DNA of 64,000 nucleotides from Octopus vulgaris (taxonomy: Eukaryota). The stretch is from NCBI GenBank assembly GCA_951406725.2, contig OX597839.1:29574001-29638000 (forward strand). The letters are read 5' to 3'. Below are positions 54,598 to 64,000 of this stretch, in pieces. The notes below the pieces were generated by a model. That model was not told the origin of the DNA. It did no database searches and saw only the letters and a program-made list of their open reading frames with translations. Positions within the stretch are counted from its first letter, which is position 1. The number at the start of each line of letters is the position of its first letter. Both the position numbers and the translations under genes were made by a program.

Positions 54598-56694
54598 GTA
54601 TGTTGCTGAATGTTTCTTTTTTGAATATGGATGAGTTGGGTAGGCTTTGTTGTTGCATCTGTTATCGATTCTGGGAGTATATATAAATATAAATATATAT
54701 AAATATAATTATATATTATATGGTTTGAATGATGAAATCTGATTTTCATAATCTGAAAGAATGTAATTTATTCTCCACATGATTTCAGTGTGAGATCGAC
54801 TTTTAAATTTCGTTTACAAAACATAATGATGGATATTGATTCTCTGTATTGTCAGTCACTAGGCCTGCTAGAAATAGCAATCAAATCGCAACACTTTGTA
54901 AATTGTAGTTCTAAATGCATCAAGTCTGAAACACACACACACACACACACGGCTGGAAGTGGTATGATCAAATCAGGTCTGACCTGGGGTTATAGACAAC
55001 AAAATAAAACTATATTGTCAGTCATAAATCTTCCATTCCCGTAGCAGATGCTTTGTAGACATATTCTTGTTGTTCCTATTCTTGACTGGTGAATTATTTT
55101 ATTAACCCCGGAAGGATAAAAAAATCGAAGTTTGTCTGGTCTTCGATTATAATTCCATTCGCACTTCGAATACTTTATAGAGATATTAAATTGACCTCAG
55201 AAGTGACCCCAGTTTTACTTTATCGACCGATTCTCTGATAACGAAAATCGAAGTTGACCTCAGAAAGATTTTTTAACTCCTGAAAGGGAATAAACGTGGT
55301 TTTGTTTGTTTGCTCATTTCTGCGGTTGACCGAAAAATACGATTTTGTGGGGGGCAGGTGGTTTGCTGTTGCCTGAGAGAAGTGTTATATATATATATAT
55401 AGATGTGCTTTTCGTAACTCTCTCCCTCTCTCTACACAAACACACGCATTAAAATGGGGATTCGCCACATCTGTTACTATAAAACGAATTGACAGTTACC
55501 TTGAGGTTTAAAAGATTGTCGATGGAGTCCCTAAGTATTTGACGGACAAGAAAAAGGATTATGTGCTCAAAATGTTTAGTTATTTTGTTGTTCAGCTCCG
55601 GTCATGACAACCCTGTAAAAGTCTCCCTTGGTGGCACATTTTGTTGTTGTCGTCGTTCAGTCCCTAGTTAGAGCGAGCAGACCCCTGGCCAAAGGCGTTC
55701 CTCTTCAGTGATGATCATCCAATTTTTTTTAGAGGGATATGTCTATTAGTACATTATCATATATGCCCAAACTGCCGTTGTCCTTAAGTCTCGAACAATG
55801 TCCCCTACCAATAAAAAGCACAGGTTTCCTAGCTCAGAATGCATGCGACAGACCAATATGGGAAACCTCTACGTGGTCTGTCGAATTGCCAGAATAAACA
55901 GCCAAATCTTCCTCAAAGAAAAGAACGAACCATAATGTGTGTGTGCTTGTAAGTTATTTATCTACCAAATGCGGTGTTCAATATTAATTGTATGTGTGTA
56001 TATAGATATTTATTTATTTTACTCAGTGAAACGGTTTGTCACGTCTGAAGCTAAACGTATGTGAATGATTAAGAAATAGGCTTCTCATAAACGAAATCAG
56101 TGGATCCCATTCTTGAGTACCAAGGAGCCACGGGACCGATTGCTGGAACTCCCGATCCCTGTATTTTTATTAAATGGATTAAAGAGATAAATCTCCACTC
56201 CGAGGAAACTATAAATCAAAGGCATTCCAGCCGTGACCGTCCTCTCTTTTTCGTATGACTACATTAATCAACATTTCTTTTTCTATGATGGTAGGGTGTG
56301 CTTTGTAGGGGATTTAGCTGTTGTTTCAGCCAGGTTAAGTGGCCACCTAGAGGACTCATTCATTAGTAGTTTCTTCCTGGTGTTTCGTGAATATTTTTCA
56401 GAGCAGTGAAGCATGGTGCTGTGGCATTATTTATGTGTCATGTCACCAATCACTCACCGTAAACACTGTAACCGTCACGGACCATGAAACTAATCCCAAC
56501 TCTCGTTCTGCTAAAAATGGCAGCCAAATCTTTCTCAAATTACACTTAGGTCTTAGAAAAGGACAGGTTAGATTTTGTGGTCCCGGGTCTCCAAAAGATG
56601 GGATGATCGTAGTTTGAATACTTTTGATCATAGTTTTGTTTCATTAGTGTTAACCTGGGGCTAAACAGCAATCTTGCTCAAATGTAACCCTTAA

Positions 56695-57720
56695 ATTTGA
56701 ATTCAAATCTTGAGGTCGACTTTGCCTTTCATTCTTTCAGGGTCAATAAATTAAGTACCAGTAAAGTAATTGGGTTGATGTAATCAACTAACCTCCTGCC
56801 CCCCAAATTTCAGGACTTGTGTCTATAGTAGAATGGGTTATTATTATTATTAATATTAAGGTGGTGAGCTGGAAGAGCTATTAGCTTGCTGGATGAAATA
56901 CTTAATGGTATTTCGTCTGCCGCTACGTCCTGAGTTCAAATTCTGCCGAGGTCGACTTTGCCTTTCATCCTTTCGGGGTCGATTAAATAAGTACCAGTTA
57001 CACACTGGGGTCGATATAATCGACTTAATCCGTTTATCTGTCCTTGTTTGTCCTCTCTGTGTTCAGCCCCTTGTGGGTAATAAAGAAATAGGTATTTCAC
57101 CTGTTGCTATGTTCTGAGTTCAAATTCTGCCGAGGTCGACTTTGCCTTTCATCCTTTCGGGGTCAATAAACTAAGTACAAGTGAAACACGGGTTGATGTA
57201 ATCGACTTGTCCCCTCCCCACCAAAATGGCTGCCCTTGTGGCAAAATTCGAAACCATTATTATTATTATTGTTTAAGGCAGTGAAGTGGCACAATGGTTA
57301 CTGCACTGGGAAAAATGCCTATTGGCATTTTGTCAGTCTGTTTGTTCTGAGTTCAAATTCTGCTAAGGTCAACTTTGCCTTTCATCCTTTCAGGGTTGAT
57401 AAATTAAGAACCAGTGAAACACTGGGGTCGATGTAATTGACCATCCTCCTGCTCCAAATTTCAGGCCTTGTGCCTTCAGCAGAAAGGATTATTATTTATT
57501 ATTGTCATAAAGGTGGCCAACTGGCAGAATCGTTAGCACACTGGATGGAAAGCTTAGTGGTATTTCACCTGTTGCTACATTCTCTGCTCAAATTTTGCCG
57601 AGGTCGACTTTGCCTTTCATCCTTTCGGGCTCATTGAAATATGTACCAGTTGAACATTGGGGTCAATGTAATTGACTAGCTCCCTTCTAGAAAGGATTAT
57701 TATTATTATTGTTATTATTA
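56695..57720 (+). mobile_element. Head-to-tail cluster of about five family 2 SINE units; two older units at 58330-58715
   Basis: gagttcaaat...gaggtcgactttgcctttcatcctttc recurs at about 56700, 56932, 57116, 57348 and 57590, mostly separated by (TAT)n tails. Confidence 0.9.
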
Positions 57721-57721
57721 T

Positions 57722-58277
57722 TGAGTGAAAGAGCAGTGCATGTCATTAAAGTGACACTGGAGTGCAAATATACAAAGCTCAGTATACCCATCATGACTAC
57801 CCGTCTGATAAGGGTACACCAGGCACATGCATCAAAACCATATGTGCGCGACATGGTGATCTCATATCAAGATAAACAGCATATGAACTTGCAGGTGGTG
57901 CCCAGTTAGAATTTTCTTTAGATTGAATAGCCCATCCCGCTCAAAAGGTCCCTGAATAAGGGTTGTTTAAGGATGTTGAAAGAACCACCCATGTTTCCAG
58001 AGGTGAATTATTCAAACCCCAAAGAATCCCTCTCAACACATGGCTATGATGCTCCCCCACTACTTCTGCTCGTGATCAGAGATGCACATATCGTCAGCCA
58101 CTAAGGGACATGCTCAACTGGTTAAGGTCAAACAACTGACAAGCAAATCTGTGGTATTGAGCAGAATATTTGCTGCAGGCCATCTTTTATACCAAGATGA
58201 AACAATGTACATGATAACACTTCCAATCAGTTAAGATCAGAAGCCATGAGAGCCACTGCCTGGTATTGCATCAGGGC

Positions 58278-58280
<3 letters not shown>
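57722..58280. mobile_element. 560-bp insert flanked by (TTA)n on both sides; possibly non-autonomous R4/Dong-like
   Basis: Sharp boundaries with TTA repeats on both sides and no ORF; class is inferred from the target only. Confidence 0.45.
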
Positions 58281-58315
<35 letters not shown>

Positions 58316-58894
58316 GTAGTATTTTTATCAATATAAGAGTAGTAGATTGGTATATTTGTTAGAGTTTTGAACAAAATGCTTGACAGCATTTACTCTGAGT
58401 TGAAATTCTACTGAGTTCAGCTTCACTTTTCATTCCTCTGGGGGTCAATAAAAATAAAGTATTAGTAAAGTACTGCAGTTAATATAATCAACCCTCAAAA
58501 TTGCTTAAGTCATAAGCGAAAGCCAGGGAGCAGGTAGAATCCGTAAAGCATCCCCAAAAATGCCTTCTAGCATTTATTTGGGCTCTTTCTGTTCTGAGTT
58601 CAAATCTCACCAAGGTCAGTCTTTGCTTTCATCCTTTTGGGGTTGATAAAATAAGTTACTCCTTTTGACTAACCCTGCCCCTCAAAATTGCTGGCCTTGT
58701 CTTGTACCTGAATTTTAAAAAAAAGCCTTTATTACTGATGTTGTTAATTTTCTTCTGTGAAAATCATATTTATTAATCTTTCACATGTCTTTAATGCCCT
58801 TATTTTGTTTCATATGAGGGTTCTACCTACATTCTAACCAATCACAAAAGAACATAGAGAACAAATGCCTAATTTGGTGTTTTCTTGGGGGGGG

Positions 58895-59063
58895 GGGCTC
58901 CCAACCTTTTCAGTACCCAGGAATCCCAGATTATTTAATTTTCCTCACAGACTCCCAGGTTTTATTGACAAATCTAACCAATAAATTTTGAATTTGAACT
59001 CAGCTCACAAAAACTTTGACCCTCAGTATTCTTCTTTGCAACCCCTAAATTGGGAAGAACTGC
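58895..59063. mobile_element. Possible hAT-like MITE; a similar single terminus ends at about 26813
   Basis: ggggctcccaacctttt ... ttgggaagaactg resembles CAGTG(G/T)TTCCCAA-type TIRs. Confidence 0.45.
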
Positions 59064-61029
59064 CCTTAAGTATTGCTTACAATAGTTTTTGTATTTAAAA
59101 AAAAAAACGTGACTGACATTAAACATTCGGTTTTCACACAATAAGGGTGTTATATAACACGGGTAGATTGAGTGACAAGGTCACGAATACTTTAGAAACT
59201 TGTTTTGTACTTTATTTGAAATATCAGGTAAAATCTGCTTCGAAACATTCATTAATATCTTTAAAAAAAACAAAAAAAGCCACATTAAATGTACGCTATT
59301 TTTTAAAAATAAGAGAAAAAATAATGGAATGGGATGGCCATAACTGGAAAGTCTTTGTAGACCTACTGCTAGATCAGAGGTGATGACAGTAGCACCAACA
59401 GCTTGCACTAACCTGTCTAATTTCCTTGTCATACTTCTACCACCCCAGTCGATATGATCTCTTCTTAAAATTACATCCACGTATGCAAATACATGTTGGT
59501 TTTTAGCCGAAGGTCAGCTGTGACCAAGTAAACCTAGTTTGTTTCAGCCATGTTCATCTGGACATTTTGTATATCAGGGACTGCTTTATCTAATGTGTCC
59601 CTTCTAATTTAGTACTGTGTAATGAGTGGTCATGTAGAGGGGTGAGGGGAGTTGGCTTCTATTTCTAGCAGGCCAGGTGACCACATACAGGCTCCCTCGT
59701 TGTGCTGGTTGTTCTCTGGTCAAGTGATTTAGGAAACCTATGGCCAGAGGAACATTTCAACCTTATCGAGGGCTTTAAAATCTGTTGTGTCTTTCTGTGT
59801 TTTACCTGATGGGATGGGATTCATTACAACATTTGGCTGCTGTTTCTAGCAGCCAGGAAGTGACCACATTGAAGGTCTCAAGTTATTTCATCCCAGGTCA
59901 CCATAGATTTAGCAAAACCTATAATTGAAATACCTTCCAGACATGGCTGCCCTGCCTTTCTCTAGGGCTTTGAAGGACTGTATTATCTCATCAATATTTT
60001 TTTTAAACTACAGGGTATGATTTGGTTGTTATACCTTGATGGTCAAGTGATTATAAAGAGCCCCTTTCCCCTCCTGGGGTGTTTTAATAACGAAAATGAA
60101 TCTGGGGGTTCAAATTTTAAAATCTCAGTGAATTGTTTTTATTCCTCCTTTTGCCCTTGCAACAATAAAGGAAACATTTTATAATTACTTTTTCTTCTCT
60201 TTATTATTATTATTATTTTTTTCATTTTTGTTTCTCTAATTCCTTCATTCAAGCAAAGGCACGCCCTGCTTTGTACTTGTGTTTACTCACTGACTGTTCT
60301 ATATTTATATACAGAGTAATATCTCTCTATCTATCCTCTCTTCTCTAACAACACCTACACACACACATTGTAACACATTCTCATACATTTTCATGCTTTC
60401 TTTCTCTCTCTCTCTCACATTTTCATCCTTTCTCTCTCATACACTCTTTCACACTCTCATACATTTTCACGTGCTCTCTCTCTCTCTCTCTCTCTCTCTC
60501 ATGCACTCTCTGATTCACATAACTTTACACTCGCACACACACACACACACTCTACCTCACATACACTTCCTCTCTCATTCTTTATCTGCCTCTTGTCTTT
60601 CTCTTACTCACTCCCACACACTCTGTCTCATTTCTCTCTCTCTCTCTCTTTCTCATTGTCCTACTATCCTGCCCCTCCTTCTTTCTATCAGCCTGAACAA
60701 CTTTTGACAGTTCTCAACTTATGTTTTGTTACTAATTATGGTAACAAAACATTCAGACACCATCTGCTGGTTTGTGATGGTTATTATTGTTTAGCACCAG
60801 ACCAGGCTTCACTCAAAACACCCTGTAATCAAAGGCGGTTTTGTTTTTGTTTTTTGCCTTCTTCAGGCAATATATCTAGGTCCACATTATCCATTGTTTC
60901 ACTTCTGTTTCTAGCACATCCTATCACCCACATAAAGGTTCCCACACTTGGCAAGTTTGTTTATAGTTCTTCAAGCTGTATACAACACAGCATTATTTTA
61001 TGTGGTCATCAAGACCTACTAGCCTATCT

Positions 61030-61062
<33 letters not shown>

Positions 61063-61455
61063 GGGGTGGGGGTAAAATAAATAAAACTGTCAAAAGAATA
61101 CTTATAAACATTTAATCATTTAATTAGGGTTATATAGGTTAATACATGCAAACACATGTACAGAGGCATATATATATATGTTTGCATGTATGTATATATA
61201 TATATGTATGTATAAATGCATGTATATATATGCATGTATATATGTGTATATATATATATGTATGTATATGTCTATATATGTATGTATGTGTATATGTGTA
61301 TATGTAAATATGTATATATTTGTATATTTATATATATATATATATTTATACATGTATATATATATATATATACATACACACACATATGTATGTATATGTA
61401 TATATACATATGTGTATAGACACACACACACACACACACACACGTATATATAATA

Positions 61456-62058
61456 TGTATCAGTTGGAAGATAGAAGAGAAGAGAGTTAGTTAAATCCAT
61501 GGTCTTATAATTAGTTAGTTTCTTAATTGCAGGCGTCCATAGATTCTAACATCTGGTACTGATGGATAGTTAACCACCGGTGTAAGCTGAGGGGACATCT
61601 GGTGTAAGCTGAGGGGACATCTGGTGTAAGCTGAGGGGACATCTGGTGTAAGCTGAGGGGACATCTGGTGTAAGCTGAGGGGACATCTGGTGTAAGCTGA
61701 GGGGACATCTGGTGTAAGCTGAGGGGACATCTGGTGTAAGCTGAGGGGACATCTGGTGTAAGCTGAGGGGACATCTGGTGTAAGCTGAGGGGACATCTGG
61801 TGTAGCTATTTGGACCTATGTGACACTAATTTATAACTTGTAAGTTAGTTCCTGTATTTTCAATGGAAGCCATAGTGTAAGGCTAAAGTTATTATTTTTT
61901 AGAATATGTGCGATATATGGTGTAAAAGGGCTAAAGTCAAGGAACAATAGAAAGGGTTAAAGAGTGCAAACCTATGGACACGTGGAATTAAGAAACTAAC
62001 TAATTATAAGACCATGGATTTAATTAACTTTCTTCTCTTCTATCCTCCAACTGTTACA
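61456..62058. mobile_element. 603-bp non-autonomous TIR element with TGT...ACA ends
   Basis: TIRs 61456-61528 and 61986-62058 with four mismatches, extending imperfectly to about 87 bp; no clear TSD. Confidence 0.85.
61579..61807. repeat. Ten perfect copies of the 22-bp unit GGTGTAAGCTGAGGGGACATCT plus a partial unit
   Basis: Direct reading. Confidence 0.97.
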
Positions 62059-62455
62059 TTGAATTATGGACCTCACAAACATTTTTCCTTTCTTTTTCTT
62101 CCATTTTCCCTCTATTTTCTTTCTAATTTATCTTTGCCATATAATTGTTCCGATGATGTCTGTCAATTGCAACAAAGTAAATGCAAATTTACCCCAGCTT
62201 CATATAACAAAACAGCTGTAAACATGTTCACATCTTAAATTAAAGAATGACTTTATAACACCAACGATCCACTTCTCACTGTTATTTATTGCTCCATTTC
62301 TTATCATCTTTATACTGATATATATATATATATATACATACATACATACATACATGTATATATACATAAATATACTTGGAATTTACAAAAAAAAAACAAC
62401 AAAAGACCATGTGTGTGTGTATATATATATATCTATATATATATATATATATATA

Positions 62456-62627
62456 GTTAATCCAAACATGAAAACACAAAGAGAAAACACAACAACGCGA
62501 GGACGTGGAATAAATATAGTATTATTGGACGCTCAGGAAAGAAAGGAAGAAGGAGGATTTAACGTTTCAAGCGGAGCTCTTCATCGGAAACATAGGAAGG
62601 GAAGACGGAGGAAAAAATCGCCAACGG
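62456..62627 (-). mobile_element. Family B hammerhead-bearing element, copy 2
   Basis: Minus strand: guuu-CCGAUGA-a-gagc(ucc)gcuu-GAAACGUU-aaau at 62557-62591; homologous to 18236-18445. Confidence 0.8.
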
Positions 62628-62749
62628 ATGTATGGATGCATGCTACCACACATACCACATGCATGCTACCACACATACCACATGCATGCACACTCATACT
62701 GGCCATTTTTGCACTCTCCTGTGACCACTGGTCACTTCAAAAATTTAAC

Positions 62750-63700
62750 CACACTTAATTGTTGGCGAATAAATAAGCATTCCATTTGACAGAATAATTT
62801 GGATGCTAAAGGGGTTACTTATCCTACAAAAACTAGCCAATATTTTATATTTTTGGTAAGTTATCGAGGTTGAGGAGAGGGTGCAGTGCCCCTGATTTCT
62901 CACTTTTCCTTTGGTCCACCCCACCCAGACTGGTGAGACTATTGAGGTCAAAGTACTTCAGAAACATCTGACCTATATCTACAAGTGCAAACTATTTCAG
63001 TAGTTGGGGTAGAAGTGAATACTGTGGGTGGGGGAATAGGGATTGAACTAGTGTTGTTGTTAATGAGACAAACCTAGTTGAGCAGGTCTATTGTCAAAGG
63101 TTTTCCAACCATGTCCATCTTGTCATATTTTATGTATCAATGATTATTTTATTATTCAATGTATCTTTATTTAACCCTTTGCTTGCCCAAGCCATTTCCA
63201 TGATTTTCTCCAAAGCATCCATGCTTCTTTCCAGCCCCTTAGTTATCCCCTTTTTCATATGTTCTGAGTAACGTAAAGCTTTCCTTTCATAAGCCCTAAG
63301 TTAACTCTGGAGGTTGAAAAACATTGGTTATGTGTATCATGTCCGATGTATGGACTCCAAGGAAATACGTCCCGTGTGTCAAATGTGATACACAGGACAG
63401 GCAAAAGGTTACGGCAATAAGAAGTAGGAAATGACTTGAGGGAAATTTCTTAGGTTATGAGACCAAGTGGAGGATCTCTCATTAACTTGGAAATGAATAG
63501 TTCCATGTTGCAGACTTTTGTAGTGGTGGTGGGGACTAGATTGGGAAAGGAAGGTTTCAAGAAAGTGCTGGTGGGGGTGGGGGAATGGAATAGAACTGGA
63601 GAAGAGAACTTTCAGAGGGTGGTGCTGGTGGTGGTGTTGGAGATGGAAGAAGCTAACCAGTGTGGAAGATATGTCTGGTTAATGTTCAAGAATTATGTTT
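62750..63700 (-). pseudogene. Possible heavily decayed Penelope-like reverse transcriptase remnant
   Basis: Scattered minus-strand peptides MELFISKLMRD, HNL, DLNSL, LVFVG*V; recognition is weak. Confidence 0.25.
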
Positions 63701-64000
63701 TTCTAGATTATGGAGTTTTGTGTGTTTGTTTAGATAACAGGCTTAGTTGTTGTATATGGTACCAGTTTATTCCTTATCTTGTTCCTTATTCTGAAGGCAT
63801 AATACACACACACACATATATATGTGTGTGTGTGTGTAGTTTTGTGTATATATATATATGTATATATAATTTTATTTATTACTTCTGGTGATGGCTTGTA
63901 AGTTATTATTAGAAACTTTACTGTGCTAGATTAATTAGTCTAACTTGATATGAAAACTTTGGCTGCTTACTTCTGCCAAAACTGAGAGTAAGGAATAAAA

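Noticed and set aside
56402-56458. Possible second plus-strand exon after tttttcag
   Set aside because: Joining in phase with the 54597 donor gives a stop within three codons.
61579-61807. CRISPR-like array; also considered 29450-29865 and 8745-10400
   Set aside because: No unique spacers, no cas genes, and a eukaryotic context.

Overview
Eukaryotic, AT-rich, very repeat-dense DNA with no complete gene. The three tRNA-derived SINE families resemble those I recall from octopus genomes, so a coleoid cephalopod origin is likely (inference, no search run). Most ORF-track entries are translated microsatellites. Supported content: large simple-repeat tracts, 20-bp and 22-bp minisatellites, CORE-like and Nin-domain SINEs, Tc1/mariner remnants and MITEs, and decayed Tx1-, CR1- and R4-like LINEs. 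The most interesting hidden signal is a set of short (150-280 bp) elements sitting in (TA)n tracts, each carrying a minimal type-I hammerhead ribozyme motif with a palindromic stem III. There are several sequence-distinct families, some with non-canonical cores (CUGU(A/U)GA, CCGANGA, UUGAAAA). One is folded into a perfect 105-bp-arm palindrome. They look like Penelope pseudo-LTR or retrozyme-like non-autonomous elements. Other highlights: a duplicated 86-nt candidate exon flanking a 2.4-kb (GGT)n tract, a candidate first exon at about 54.4-54.6 kb followed by CpG-depleted DNA, and a TIR element carrying a perfect 22-bp array.
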